A stretch of DNA of 64,000 nt from Pseudomonadales bacterium (GCA_028281605.1 JANQJO010000114.1:20711-84710); one strand, 5' to 3'. Shown: positions 19,739 through 30,701, counted from the stretch's first letter. A program made the numbers and translations. The notes: generated by a model from the sequence alone, not told the origin.

Positions 19739-20521
19739 CTATTCATCTTCAATAGCAACATTTAATTTTTCGTAGTCTGTCTCTTCAACATAAGCCATCA
19801 ATTTTGTCTCTACTATTCTTGGGTTTTCCCCTTCAGAAATAGAAATAATACCTTCAATTAAAAGCTCTCTAGACTGTGATTGATTTTGAACTGTGAACTT
19901 TAATTTATTCGCAACAGGCAAAAAAAACAAATTAGCCAAACCAACACCATAAATAGTAGCAACAAATGCTGTTGCAATTCCTGAACCCAATTTACTAGGA
20001 TCAGCAAGATTACCCATGACATGTATTAACCCCATCACAGCACCAATAATACCAATGGTGGGTGCATATCCACCCATACAATCAAAGACTTTTACAGACA
20101 TCATGTTTCTAAATTCAATAATATAAAGCTCCTTTTCTAAAGTTGATCTAATAGATTCTGGCTCACTGCCATCTACCAATAATTGCAGTCCTTTACGGGC
20201 AAAGGAATCAACTTCTGTATCAGCCAAAGTCTCTAAACCCAACAAGCCTTCTCGGCGAGAAATTTGACTCCAATGAATAATTTTTTCTACAGTTTCTTTT
20301 AAATTCAGCTTAGGGGGGAAAAAAATCCAACTCAACATAAAAATAGCTTCTTTAAATGCTTTAAAAGAAGTTTGTATCATAGCAGCACCAATTGTCCCTC
20401 CTATCACAATCAATGCAGCCGGCGCATTATACAAACCCGATAGATGCCCACCTTCAAGAAAATTACCACCTAAAACCGCTGAAAAACCAATGATAATGCC
20501 AAATATGCTAAGAATATCCAC
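19739..20521 (-). CDS. motA: flagellar stator protein MotA/MotC (PomA-like)
   Basis: 260 aa with 4 TM helices. Conserved YAPTIGIIGAVMGLI and TAFVATIYGVGLANLFFLP. Confidence 0.85.
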   Translation of the reverse strand: MDILSIFGIIIGFSAVLGGNFLEGGHLSGLYNAPAALIVIGGTIGAAMIQTSFKAFKEAIFMLSWIFFPPKLNLKETVEKIIHWSQISRREGLLGLETLADTEVDSFARKGLQLLVDGSEPESIRSTLEKELYIIEFRNMMSVKVFDCMGGYAPTIGIIGAVMGLIHVMGNLADPSKLGSGIATAFVATIYGVGLANLFFLPVANKLKFTVQNQSQSRELLIEGIISISEGENPRIVETKLMAYVEETDYEKLNVAIEDE

Positions 20522-21557
20522 TGCCTACCTCCTCAATTAACATATTCGACATGTCACTTAACTTAACTTCTGCATCAGATAACTGAGCTTCCTTAACAAC
20601 CATCGGCATACCATATATGACACAACTATCAGGGTCTTGTGTCCAAACAACAGAAGCCGTTTTTTTTAAAATCTGAGCCCCATCTTTACCATCTGAGCCC
20701 ATTCCCGTTAAAACAATTGCAAGCACTTTACCTGGAAAAACTCTTGCAGCAGAAGCAAATGTTATATCTAAACAGGGCTGATATTGTACTCTATCATCCG
20801 CACCCAACACTGATAAGCAACCTTTTTTTCTTTTGTCAAAAATCAACTGATGACCACCAGGTGCTACATACACAAAACCTGGTTTTAATACATCTCCATT
20901 TTCAGCATGTTTAATTGATAGCTTACACATACTATTCAAACGATCCGAAAAAGCCAAAGTAAAACTAGCTGGCATGTGTTGTACCACTACAATGGGTACG
21001 GAAAACTTTTCTGGCAAATGTTCAAGTATCGCTTTAATAGCCAAAGGCCCACCCGTTGACGCCCCAATTAATACCACATCTGGATTAATATTTAATCGTT
21101 TCCTATAAGAATTATTTTCTATTTGTTTGTTAAATTTTTTTTTATGGAAATTAGAATCTTTCCAATTTTTTACCGTATCACACAGTTTTTCACATAAAAT
21201 TTGATTGTGAGAATCGCCATGATCAACTGTATCCAAAGTTTTAGATAAAAAATCCGTGGCGCCTGCCTGCAAAGCAGACAAAGTGATTGTAGCTCCCTCA
21301 TAGGTCAAAGAAGAAAACATTAAAATAGGCAGAGGTTTATCTTTCATTATTTGTTCAATAGCAGACACACCATCCATAACTGGCATTTCATAATCCATTG
21401 TAATGGCGTCAGGCTCCAATATTTTTGCTTGTGCTATTGCTTCTACCCCATTTTCCGCTACACCAACTACAGAAATATTATTATGCTTATTAAAAATATC
21501 AACAATTCTCTTTCTAAAAAACGCAGAATCATCAACGACAAGCACTTTGATTGGCAT
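20508..21557 (-). CDS. cheB: chemotaxis response regulator protein-glutamate methylesterase
   Basis: Receiver domain (KVLVVDDSAFFR...DAITMDYEMPVMDG) plus methylesterase domain (IGASTGGP, VVQHMP, GMGSDG). Confidence 0.9.
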   Translation of the reverse strand: MPIKVLVVDDSAFFRKRIVDIFNKHNNISVVGVAENGVEAIAQAKILEPDAITMDYEMPVMDGVSAIEQIMKDKPLPILMFSSLTYEGATITLSALQAGATDFLSKTLDTVDHGDSHNQILCEKLCDTVKNWKDSNFHKKKFNKQIENNSYRKRLNINPDVVLIGASTGGPLAIKAILEHLPEKFSVPIVVVQHMPASFTLAFSDRLNSMCKLSIKHAENGDVLKPGFVYVAPGGHQLIFDKRKKGCLSVLGADDRVQYQPCLDITFASAARVFPGKVLAIVLTGMGSDGKDGAQILKKTASVVWTQDPDSCVIYGMPMVVKEAQLSDAEVKLSDMSNMLIEEVGSGYS

Positions 21558-21622
21558 ACAGAAAACCTCACTATTGTTATTATCTGGCTAGAGTAATAGG
21601 GATCACCTCAAATGACAGAACA

Positions 21623-23923
21623 TCATAAATCACCTGCGTAATGCTTTAACATATTAGGTGCATCCAGTATCAATGCTATTCGACCATCACCTGTAATTGT
21701 CGCCCCAGCCATACCTGCCGTACCATGCAACATTTTGCCTAAAGGTTTAATCACTACTTCTTCTTGACCAATTAATTGATCGACAACAAAGCCAACTTTT
21801 TGCGTACCAACAGAAACAACAACTACATGCCCATCTTTTGCGGTTTGTTGACTAGCAGAACAAACCAACCATCGTTTTAAATGAAATAAAGGCAAAGCTT
21901 TATCTCTAACAACCACAACTTCCTGACCATCAATTTCATTTGTTCTAGTCAAATCAATATGAAAAATTTCATTTACATTAACCAAAGGCAAAGCAAAAGT
22001 TTGATTGCCTAACATCACCATTAATGTTGGCATAATAGCTAAAGTTAGAGGAACTTTGATCGCAATCACAGATCCTTTCCCCTTTTCAGATTGCACATCA
22101 ATAGTTCCATTCAATTGTGTAATTTTTGTTTTAACAACATCCATACCCACACCACGACCTGAAACATCAGATATCTTATCACAAGTCGAAAATCCAGGAT
22201 GAAAAATCAAATTATATATTTCATGGTCACTGAGCCTTGCAGCACTCTCATCATCCATCAAGCCTTTTTCTACCGACTTTTTCCTCAACACTTCAGGGTC
22301 CATACCACCGCCATCATCTGAAATAGATAATACAATATGATCCCCTTCTTGCTGTGCAGCCAGCACTACATTACCCACTCTAGGTTTTCCATTTGCCTCT
22401 CTAGTAGTAGGGCTTTCTATACCATGATCAACTGCATTTCTCACTAAATGTACTAATGGATCAGCTAAGGCCTCTACTAAGTTTTTATCTAAATCAGTGT
22501 CCTCACCTTGTAATTCTAGATTAACTTCTTTTTTCAAGTTTCTTGCTAAATCTCTCACCACTCTAGGAAATCTACCAAAGACTTTCTTAATCGGCTGCAT
22601 CCTAGTTTTCATGACAGAAGCTTGTAAATCTGCAGTCACTACGTCTAAGTTAGCCACGGCTTTAGCCATAATTTCATCACTGGTGTTTAACCCTAAACGT
22701 ACCAAACGGTTACGCACCAATACCAGTTCACCAACCATATTCATAATATCATCAAGTCTTTTTGTATCAACCCGTACAGTAGCTTCAGCTGAAAATGCTG
22801 TCTCTTTAGCCGTTTGTTTTTTAGCAGTAGGTGCCATCTTAGTATCATTTTTTTTACCAACTGCCTGAGTACCTTTCCCTAACATATTTTTCTGGTCAAT
22901 ATCAGTACTATCAGTCTTGGATTTAATCTCAGATTTTTCAGGCTCTTTTTTATCTTTCTCTTCCAACGTAACCGAAGCGTTCAAATCTTTTAATATATCT
23001 TCTATTTGATTTTTATTAGAATCAGATTTTTTGTCTTGTTTTGATTCAATCAATTGAGCAGTAGATTTTTCTTCAACTGTAATTTTTTCATATTTATTCA
23101 CTTCTTTATCAGTAACTGGAGCAACCCCATGCAAAGAGTCTAGCAACAACTCAAACTCTTCATCCGTGATTTCACTCTCTGAGCTGTTTACAATTTCGGC
23201 AACGCTCTTTTTATTTATATCTGTTTTAATGTCTTCCTTTTTTTCTTTTGTATCACTTTCAGAAAGTTTACCAGGAGAACCATCTTTTCCATGTAATTCG
23301 TCTAACAATGCAGAGAACTCTTCCTCAGTTATTTCATCCTCATTATTTTTAGTGTCTGTAACATCAGGTTCATCTAATTCATCAAACAAATCTACAGCTG
23401 TATCACCAGCTGGAATATCAAATAACTCATCATCAGAGTCATTTTTAGTTTGCTCTAACCCTTTCTCTACTACTGAACTTTCTGGTTGTGACTCACTAAC
23501 ATCAGTGTTAGGTTGATTTTTAGGGGCCTGGCCTTTGTTATCCACCAGTGCCTGTAATGCGTTAAGTAAAGCAGGGTCAGCACGCTCTGGCTCTTGTCTA
23601 TCACTAACAACAGCAAACATAGCCTGTACTGAATCTAATGCATGTAATACAACATCCATCAATTCAGGAGTAACACTTAAGCCACCATTTCTTAAAAGAT
23701 CAAATACATTTTCCGCAACATGACATAATTCTACTAAAGTTTCTAGCTGAAGAAACCCTGCCCCACCTTTTATCGTATGAAATCCTCTAAAAATAGCATT
23801 TAAAAGTTCAATATCCTCTCCATTATTTTCTAAGTCAACTAGTTGCTCAGACAGCTTTTCCAGTATTTCTCCTACCTCAACCAAAAAATCTTGTAATATT
23901 TCTTCATCTGCATCAAAACTCAT
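21623..23923 (-). CDS. cheA: chemotaxis histidine kinase CheA
   Basis: HPt FHTIKGGAG, HATPase blocks (HLVRNAVDHGIE, DDGGGMD, GRGVGMDVV) and a C-terminal CheW-like domain. Start moved to MSFDADEE (ATG 23921-23923). About 250 aa of acidic/Lys-rich linker. Confidence 0.9.
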   Translation of the reverse strand: MSFDADEEILQDFLVEVGEILEKLSEQLVDLENNGEDIELLNAIFRGFHTIKGGAGFLQLETLVELCHVAENVFDLLRNGGLSVTPELMDVVLHALDSVQAMFAVVSDRQEPERADPALLNALQALVDNKGQAPKNQPNTDVSESQPESSVVEKGLEQTKNDSDDELFDIPAGDTAVDLFDELDEPDVTDTKNNEDEITEEEFSALLDELHGKDGSPGKLSESDTKEKKEDIKTDINKKSVAEIVNSSESEITDEEFELLLDSLHGVAPVTDKEVNKYEKITVEEKSTAQLIESKQDKKSDSNKNQIEDILKDLNASVTLEEKDKKEPEKSEIKSKTDSTDIDQKNMLGKGTQAVGKKNDTKMAPTAKKQTAKETAFSAEATVRVDTKRLDDIMNMVGELVLVRNRLVRLGLNTSDEIMAKAVANLDVVTADLQASVMKTRMQPIKKVFGRFPRVVRDLARNLKKEVNLELQGEDTDLDKNLVEALADPLVHLVRNAVDHGIESPTTREANGKPRVGNVVLAAQQEGDHIVLSISDDGGGMDPEVLRKKSVEKGLMDDESAARLSDHEIYNLIFHPGFSTCDKISDVSGRGVGMDVVKTKITQLNGTIDVQSEKGKGSVIAIKVPLTLAIMPTLMVMLGNQTFALPLVNVNEIFHIDLTRTNEIDGQEVVVVRDKALPLFHLKRWLVCSASQQTAKDGHVVVVSVGTQKVGFVVDQLIGQEEVVIKPLGKMLHGTAGMAGATITGDGRIALILDAPNMLKHYAGDL

Positions 23924-23978
23924 TACCAAACTCCCTCTTATTCTCACTCCCTCAATTGATTTTTAGAGCCAGTCCGCT

Positions 23979-24818
23979 TTAAAAACCTAGACTTGAAAGT
24001 AAGTCATCAACTTCATCTTGATTTTGAGCCACATCTTCCCTGCTTTTATCAATAATCGGACCTTCTAATTCATTATTTATACTTTTGTCTTCATCTGCTT
24101 GCTCTTCAATCTTCTTTCCAATAGAGCTTTCATCAACATCAGCAAAAAATCTTAAACTAGATGACATTTTTACTAAATCAACCAAACTGGTTTCAACCTC
24201 ATGCACAATAGTCATTACTTTTTTAATCACTTGGCCAGTAATATCTTGGAAATCTTGTGCTAATAATATGGTATTTAAATTCATTCCAATATGTTCAGCT
24301 TTAGTAGAAGTAAAATCTAAAAATGAATCAATATCAGAATAAAGTGATCTGAATTCACCTGCAGATAATTCCCGATTTATCAATTTCTGCCATTCAGTTT
24401 TTAATTTTTTAGCTGTTTCACCAATTTCTTCAGAAATGGGTATAGTTTGCTCTACCATATCCATTGTTTTATTAGCTGCTTTTTCAGTAGTGGTAATCAC
24501 AAACTGCAATCTATCAGAAGCATCAGACATTCTAAGAATTTGGTCACTAGAATTTTTTTCATGATTAATTTTATCAAAATCAACATCTAAATTTATAAGT
24601 GCATCATGCAGTGTTCTGGTTAGCTTTCCAACTTCATTAAAAAGCACTTTATCTTTAACTCTATTGACAGCTTCTAATGCTTCCATTGCACCCATAGAAT
24701 CACCTTCTTCAAGCTTAATTAAAAGCGTTTTTGCACATTCTGCCAAATTCGGATCACTGTCAGTCAACATGCTAATATCATCCACAATAAAGTTTGTTTG
24801 AATATTTTCAATACTCAA
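23979..24818 (-). CDS. cheZ: CheY-P phosphatase CheZ
   Basis: AQDFQDITGQ catalytic Gln region and the C-terminal CheY-binding peptide DEVDDLLSSLGF. Confidence 0.8.
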   Translation of the reverse strand: MSIENIQTNFIVDDISMLTDSDPNLAECAKTLLIKLEEGDSMGAMEALEAVNRVKDKVLFNEVGKLTRTLHDALINLDVDFDKINHEKNSSDQILRMSDASDRLQFVITTTEKAANKTMDMVEQTIPISEEIGETAKKLKTEWQKLINRELSAGEFRSLYSDIDSFLDFTSTKAEHIGMNLNTILLAQDFQDITGQVIKKVMTIVHEVETSLVDLVKMSSSLRFFADVDESSIGKKIEEQADEDKSINNELEGPIIDKSREDVAQNQDEVDDLLSSLGF

Positions 24819-24840
24819 TATAATAAACAGTTATAAAAAT

Positions 24841-25227
24841 CTAAGCTTCGACCCTTTCAAAAATCTTCTCTATTTTGTCTTTTAAAGCAGCTGCCGTAAA
24901 AGGTTTAACGACATAACCATTAACTCCAGCCTGTGCCGCTTCGACAATTTGATCTCTCTTTGCTTCAGCCGTTACCATCAAAATAGGTAACTTCACTAAC
25001 TTGTCATCTGACCTTACTGCCTTCAATAACTCTATACCAGTCATGCCAGGCATATTCCAATCAGTAATCAAAAAATCAAACTTACCACTTTGCAATAGAG
25101 GTAAAGCAGTATTACCATCATCAGCTTCCTCCGTATTAGTAAATCCTAAATCCCTTAGCAAGTTTTTGATAATTCTCCTCATAGTTGAGAAATCATCAAC
25201 TATAAGTATTTTCATGTTCTTATCCAA
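24841..25227 (-). CDS. cheY: chemotaxis response regulator CheY
   Basis: 128 aa. [41 protein letters not shown]. Confidence 0.9.
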   Translation of the reverse strand: MDKNMKILIVDDFSTMRRIIKNLLRDLGFTNTEEADDGNTALPLLQSGKFDFLITDWNMPGMTGIELLKAVRSDDKLVKLPILMVTAEAKRDQIVEAAQAGVNGYVVKPFTAAALKDKIEKIFERVEA

Positions 25228-25358
25228 GGTGACCTCCCATCACTGCACATCAAAACTCAATATCAATTCACTATATCATGGCTTGATTTCATAATTTAAC
25301 AGTCTTACTTAACAGTCTAGTATCTGATTTTAACTCAGCCAGTAAGCATTTACGCTCA

Positions 25359-26081
25359 TCAATTAGATTCGCCGTACCAACTCTTCAATCTTGATTTTAA
25401 TCTGAGTGCAGCCTTAGAAAGTATCTGAGAAACTCTTGACTCACTGACCCCTAAAACTTTACCAATTTCTTTTAAATTAAGTTCTTCATCATAATACAAA
25501 GCTAAGACTAATTGCTCTCTTTCAGGCAATGAGGCAATCGCTTGAGAAATTGATTTTTTAAGATTTATATCCATGAGGTTGCAAAAAGGTTCCGAACTGC
25601 TACTATTTGTGGCATTTGTATTATCACTCATACTTTCAGGTAATATTTCATCTAAACTAAATAACTTGGTACTTTTACAATCTTTTAATATATTAAAATA
25701 CTCCGTTTGACTCACCCCCATCTCTAATGCAATCTCTGTATCAGATGCATCTCTACCCGTTCTATTTTCTACTTTACGAATAGCATCAGAGATTTTTCTC
25801 GAATTTTTATGTACTGACCTAGGTGTCCAATCTCCCTTACGAATTTCATCTAACATAGCCCCACGAATTCTAATACCAGAGTAGGTTTCAAAACTAGCTC
25901 CTTTGGATGGATCATATTTTTTTGAAGCTTCCAATAAACCAATCATGCCACTTTGAATTAAATCATCTATAGAAATAAAATTAGGTAATCTGGCGCAAAG
26001 GTGATAAGCAATTTTTTTTACCATAGGAGCATATTGATGAATCAAGAGATCTTGCGATTTTTTCACTTGGTCCTGATACAT
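25359..26081 (-). CDS. fliA: flagellar sigma factor sigma-28
   Basis: Sigma-70 regions 2 to 4 (DDLIQSGMIGLLEA, LNLKEIGKVLGVSESRVSQI). Position follows fleN. Confidence 0.9.
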   Translation of the reverse strand: MYQDQVKKSQDLLIHQYAPMVKKIAYHLCARLPNFISIDDLIQSGMIGLLEASKKYDPSKGASFETYSGIRIRGAMLDEIRKGDWTPRSVHKNSRKISDAIRKVENRTGRDASDTEIALEMGVSQTEYFNILKDCKSTKLFSLDEILPESMSDNTNATNSSSSEPFCNLMDINLKKSISQAIASLPEREQLVLALYYDEELNLKEIGKVLGVSESRVSQILSKAALRLKSRLKSWYGESN

Positions 26082-26128
26082 ACGCTACACTTTTCAACCC
26101 AACTAAGAAGAAAATAAAAATATATAAA

Positions 26129-26947
26129 TCAAGAAGATGGAACAACACTTTGTACAAGATTTTCAACAAAAAATTCTAAATTCCCTCTGGGTGTGGAAGG
26201 TAGTGGCCAAGCATCTATTTTTTTTGCTAAGGCCTTAAAAGCTATTGCAGATTTACTTCTAGGATACACATCACAAACAGATTTCTGCCGTTGTACTGCC
26301 TTACGTAAACTGTCATCATAAGGAATAGCACCAGCAAACTGTAAAGCAACATCTAAAAATCTATCTGTTACCTTTACTAATTTTGCAAATAAATCTCTTG
26401 CTTCTTGCTGGCTTCTTACCATATTAGCCAACACATGAAAACGATATAAATTACTATCTTGATTCAGTAGTTTAATTAAGGCATAGGCATCCGTAATAGA
26501 AGTTGGCTCGTTACAAACCACCATCATAACTTCCTGAGCAGCTTTCAAAAAACTTACAACAGTTTCAGAAATTCCAGCAGCTGTATCAATAATCAAAACA
26601 TCAATATCTTTTCCTATTTCATTAAAAGCATTAATTAAACCAGCGCGCTCTTGCGCGCTTAACATCACCATTTTTTGTGTCCCAGATGAGGCAGGAACAA
26701 TTTCAATGCCACCGGGCCCGCTGACCATAATTTCTTTGAGCGTACGCTTACCATTGAGTACGTCTTCTATCGTGTATTTAGATGAAATACCTAATAATAT
26801 ATCAATATTTGCTAGTCCTAAATCTGCATCCATGATAACAACTCGCCTATTCATCTCTGATAAGGCCACCCCCAAATTTACAGAAACATTAGTTTTTCCA
26901 ACACCACCTTTACCTCCCGTTATTGCAATAACTTGTACTGAATGCAT
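26129..26947 (-). CDS. fleN: MinD/ParA-type flagellar number regulator FleN/FlhG
   Basis: Deviant Walker A ITGGKGGVGKTNVSVNL. Position between flhF and fliA. Confidence 0.85.
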   Translation of the reverse strand: MHSVQVIAITGGKGGVGKTNVSVNLGVALSEMNRRVVIMDADLGLANIDILLGISSKYTIEDVLNGKRTLKEIMVSGPGGIEIVPASSGTQKMVMLSAQERAGLINAFNEIGKDIDVLIIDTAAGISETVVSFLKAAQEVMMVVCNEPTSITDAYALIKLLNQDSNLYRFHVLANMVRSQQEARDLFAKLVKVTDRFLDVALQFAGAIPYDDSLRKAVQRQKSVCDVYPRSKSAIAFKALAKKIDAWPLPSTPRGNLEFFVENLVQSVVPSS

Positions 26948-27026
26948 TCCTTAATCCTTTTTGATTTTTAACTTTAGATTGATAATATAATTGTAACCCA
27001 TGATTCTAATTCAAAAAATTTTGATG

Positions 27027-28337
27027 TTAAAACCCAGTATTTGCCATCATATTTTGATCTTGGTGTTTCACATTTTCTTCTAATCCAGATTCAAAAAATG
27101 CTTTCAATTCATACTCTTGCATACCATAAGAATCTTGATAAAGCATCGCTCTCTTGATTAAACGCATCGGATCTACAATTTCAATATCATCTGGAATTCT
27201 TAATCCAGTCGTAACATAGTGCAATTGCAATTGATTTTCTATAATCGCACTGATACTGTCTCCCAGACGAATACATTCATCTAACTTCGTTAAAATACAA
27301 CCTGATAAATTAATCCCGTCGTAATCCTTAATAGACTGTACCTGTACTGAATATTGATTAGTGGCAGAACTAACCAAAAAGCTCGAAATATTCTTACCAC
27401 AACGACTGAGTTGCTTTTTTTGATCTAACCAAGCTTCATCATTTCGTGTTAATCCTGCTGTGTCGATTAAAATTAATTTTTTTTCAGAAAAAGCACTTAA
27501 TGCTGTTTCTAAACCGTAGTGTTCATCAACCAGCAGCATCGGCACTCCTATAATTTTTGCTAACATCATAATTTGATCGCGTCCACCCACTCGATAAGAA
27601 TCAGTGCTGATAATACCAATTGAAGCAGTATCATTTTGCATAACATAACGAGCAGCTAATTTACCAATAGTTGTAGTTTTTCCAGATCCAGTAGAACCTA
27701 CCAAAGCAATAGCACCCTCTTTTTTAATCAATTCTTCTGATGGCACTTGTAAGCAAGACATCATATCTTTAACAATCCCCCTAAAACCGTCCTTAATAGA
27801 AGCTGGCTCTTTTTGATTATTCACCCATTGATAGGCTAATTTTGGAGAAAAACCAAAGCTTATTATTTTTTTAAGCAAATGTGATTGTGTTGTTTTTTTT
27901 AAGTTATAATTTTCCCATACTTGGTCAGAGTACTGGCTTTTTAGTAGTATTTTCATAAAATTCAGTTCTTCTTTTAATAAAGAAATTATATTATTTTCCC
28001 TATCTTCACTTTGTTTGACTTTATTGTTTACAGTTTCACTTATATCATTAAGATTGACTTCTTTAGCATTCCGATTAGAAAAATTATTTTCTATTTCTTG
28101 ATTTTTAGGCTCTAATTCAGGCTTTTTATCATTTAAAACACGTGTTTTTCTCTTTTTCCCTTTTTTTATTTTTTCTAACTCCTTTTTAATAGTATTCTCA
28201 TCTTCCTGCGAAGCAATCAATTCAACCCCACCTTTCACTACTTTATTGTGCAAAATAATTGCACTATCACCTAGATCTTCTCGAACCAATTTAAGTGCTC
28301 GTCTCATATCAGGGGCAAAGTATCTTTTGGCTTGCAT
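27027..28337 (-). CDS. flhF: flagellar SRP-type GTPase FlhF
   Basis: GSTGSGKTTTIGKLAA (G1), DSYRVGG, DTAG, TKLDE. N-terminal K/E/N-rich region. Confidence 0.85.
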   Translation of the reverse strand: MQAKRYFAPDMRRALKLVREDLGDSAIILHNKVVKGGVELIASQEDENTIKKELEKIKKGKKRKTRVLNDKKPELEPKNQEIENNFSNRNAKEVNLNDISETVNNKVKQSEDRENNIISLLKEELNFMKILLKSQYSDQVWENYNLKKTTQSHLLKKIISFGFSPKLAYQWVNNQKEPASIKDGFRGIVKDMMSCLQVPSEELIKKEGAIALVGSTGSGKTTTIGKLAARYVMQNDTASIGIISTDSYRVGGRDQIMMLAKIIGVPMLLVDEHYGLETALSAFSEKKLILIDTAGLTRNDEAWLDQKKQLSRCGKNISSFLVSSATNQYSVQVQSIKDYDGINLSGCILTKLDECIRLGDSISAIIENQLQLHYVTTGLRIPDDIEIVDPMRLIKRAMLYQDSYGMQEYELKAFFESGLEENVKHQDQNMMANTGF

Positions 28338-28376
28338 TGTTGAACTACTCCTTAAATCATAAAAGATTCAATACAT

Positions 28377-30503
28377 TTAACCTATTGAAGATACAATGGT
28401 AATTTTTCTACTTTCAGGCACTTCGTTATAAGCCAGTACATTCAAAGAAGGAATGCTGTATCTCAAAAAACGAGACAACATACTGCGTATGCCTGCAGCC
28501 ACTAATAAAATTGCTGGTTTACCTTGTAACTCTTGCTTTTGCACAGCTTCAACCATTTTCTTTTGCAAAGACTCGACAATTTTTGGCTCAATAATGGCAT
28601 CTACTTCTGAGCCCCCACTCTTTTTAGCTTGATCTACACTTTGGAGCAATATTTGTTCCAATTCAGGATGCAACGTAACGACCGGCATTTCATCCGTTGA
28701 ATTTGATATCGATTGAACAATCTGTCTCGATAATGCTATCCTAGCACTGGCTGTCAGTGCATCAGCAGATTTCTGGGTGGTGCATGTTTCCGCCAAAGCC
28801 TCACAAATACTGCGAATATCTTTAATAGAAATATTTTCCTTTAATAAATTTTGCAATACTTTCAATACAGTACTGATGGGTAAAGGATTAGGGGTAATGC
28901 TTTCAATTAATTTAGGAGATTTCTCTGCCAAATTATCCATTAATTTTTGTACTTCCTCATGACCCAATAACTCATACGCATGCGACTGCAAAATTTGATT
29001 TAAATGAGTGGCAATAACAGTAGCAGCATCAACCACTGTATAGCCTAAAGACTGAGCTTGGTCTTTCTGATTGGGCTCAATCCAAACGGCATCAAGTCCA
29101 AAAGCCGGATCTTTACCTTGTATACCATTGATATTGCCAAAAACTTGACCAGGATTGATAGCCAACTCTCTATCCGGGTGTATTTCAGCTTCTGCAATCG
29201 TTACGCCCATTAGAACAATTCTATAAACATTAGGTAACAGATCTAAATTATCACGCACATGCACACTCGGCAGAAGAAAACCCAGCTCTTGGGATAGTTT
29301 TTTCCGAACCCCTTTAATACGAGCCAACAGTTGCCCAGATTGAGCTATATCGACAAGAGGTATTAAGCGATAACCAACTTCCAAACCAATCATATCTACC
29401 GGCTGAACATCATCCCACGTGAGTTCTTTAAGTTCATTATTACTTGCTACATCTGTACTAGATTGTTGTTCCGGGGATATATTTTGCGTCATTTCTTCTG
29501 TTGTAGCAGCAGGCAGATTTTTATTTTTTTTATTGACAAAATAAGCAACTGACATACAAGCTAATGATAAAAATAAAAATGCAATATGAGGCATCCCCGG
29601 AACCAAACCTAACACCCCCAATATACCTGCTGCAACAACAAGCCCTTGAGGATTAGACAACATTTGTTGGCTGACTTGCTCAGAAACATTTTGATCGCTA
29701 TTAACTCGTGTAACAGTAATAGCTGCTGCTGTTGATAGCAGTAATGAAGGGATTTGAGCTACTAAGCCATCACCGATCGTCAGTAATGCATATTTTTTCA
29801 TAGCATCAGAAAAATCCAAGCCATGTTGCATCATACCAATCGCTAAACCCCCTAAGATATTAATAACCAATATCAAAATACCTGCAACCGCATCGCCTCT
29901 AACAAATTTGCTAGCGCCATCCATCGCACCATAAAAATCAGCTTCTTCAGAGATATCAGCTCTACGTTTCTTTGCTTCATCTTGATCAATCAAGCCAGAA
30001 TTGAGATCAGCGTCAATTGCCATTTGCTTACCCGGCATTGCATCTAAAGTAAAACGTGCACTCACTTCAGAAATTCTACCGGCGCCCTTAGTCACCACCA
30101 CAAAGTTAATAATGATCAGAATGGCAAACACAACTAAACCAACAGCATAATTACCACCGATAACAACTTCACCAAAAGATTGTATGACTTTACCGGCCGC
30201 ATCCCCACCTGTATGGCCATTTAATAAAACAACCCGAGTAGATGCAACATTTAGTGCCAATCTAAGCAAAGTGGCAACTAGCAGTACGGTCGGGAAAATA
30301 GTAAAATCTAAAGGGCGCAAAGTATAAACACAAACCAACAGTACTATTAAAGAAAGTGTGATATTAAATGAAAACAATAAATCTAATAACAGAGGGGGCA
30401 ATGGCAATATCATCATTGCCAGGATTGCCACTAAGAAAATAGGTGCGCCTAAGTAGCCTTGCTTGAACGGCTTGATGTGAGATGTCAACGCTGCATCGCT
30501 CAT
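28377..30503 (-). CDS. flhA: flagellar type III export apparatus protein FlhA
   Basis: 708 aa. FHIPEP-family blocks (VVTKGAGRISEVSARFTLDAMPGKQMAIDADL, FVRGDAVAGI). Confidence 0.95.
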   Translation of the reverse strand: MSDAALTSHIKPFKQGYLGAPIFLVAILAMMILPLPPLLLDLLFSFNITLSLIVLLVCVYTLRPLDFTIFPTVLLVATLLRLALNVASTRVVLLNGHTGGDAAGKVIQSFGEVVIGGNYAVGLVVFAILIIINFVVVTKGAGRISEVSARFTLDAMPGKQMAIDADLNSGLIDQDEAKKRRADISEEADFYGAMDGASKFVRGDAVAGILILVINILGGLAIGMMQHGLDFSDAMKKYALLTIGDGLVAQIPSLLLSTAAAITVTRVNSDQNVSEQVSQQMLSNPQGLVVAAGILGVLGLVPGMPHIAFLFLSLACMSVAYFVNKKNKNLPAATTEEMTQNISPEQQSSTDVASNNELKELTWDDVQPVDMIGLEVGYRLIPLVDIAQSGQLLARIKGVRKKLSQELGFLLPSVHVRDNLDLLPNVYRIVLMGVTIAEAEIHPDRELAINPGQVFGNINGIQGKDPAFGLDAVWIEPNQKDQAQSLGYTVVDAATVIATHLNQILQSHAYELLGHEEVQKLMDNLAEKSPKLIESITPNPLPISTVLKVLQNLLKENISIKDIRSICEALAETCTTQKSADALTASARIALSRQIVQSISNSTDEMPVVTLHPELEQILLQSVDQAKKSGGSEVDAIIEPKIVESLQKKMVEAVQKQELQGKPAILLVAAGIRSMLSRFLRYSIPSLNVLAYNEVPESRKITIVSSIG

Positions 30504-30683
30504 AAATACCTTAACTTAACTATTTTTTGACAAAATCAATCTGTATCTGATTGATTCAAAAAATAATGTTAAAAGAACAAGCTTATTCAATTAACTATTA
30601 AGATATTAACAAGCAAAAATCTCTCCTAAATAATCATTGATTTTTAAGCCCTTTTAGACGAAATAGTCATATGAGTATATTGA

Positions 30684-30701
30684 CAGCAAAAACGACACCA
30701 T
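30684..30701 (-). promoter_or_regulatory. candidate sigma-54 promoter upstream of flhA
   Basis: Minus-strand ATGGTGTCGTTTTTGCTG has GG-N10-GC spacing, compared with the consensus TGGCAC-N5-TTGCW. About 180 nt upstream of the flhA ATG. Single-site match only. Confidence 0.3.

Noticed and set aside
22497-23723. Ser/Leu-rich plus-strand ORFs (22497..22868, 23166..23516, 23535..23723)
   Set aside because: They are antisense to cheA, whose kinase and HPt motifs are unambiguous. They arise from the reverse complement of the Glu/Asp/Lys-rich CheA linker.
25228-25358. Sigma-28 promoter upstream of cheY (TTAAAT ... GCCATGATA)
   Set aside because: The spacing between the TAAA and GCCGATAA-like boxes is ~12 nt instead of ~15, and the -10 box is a poor match.
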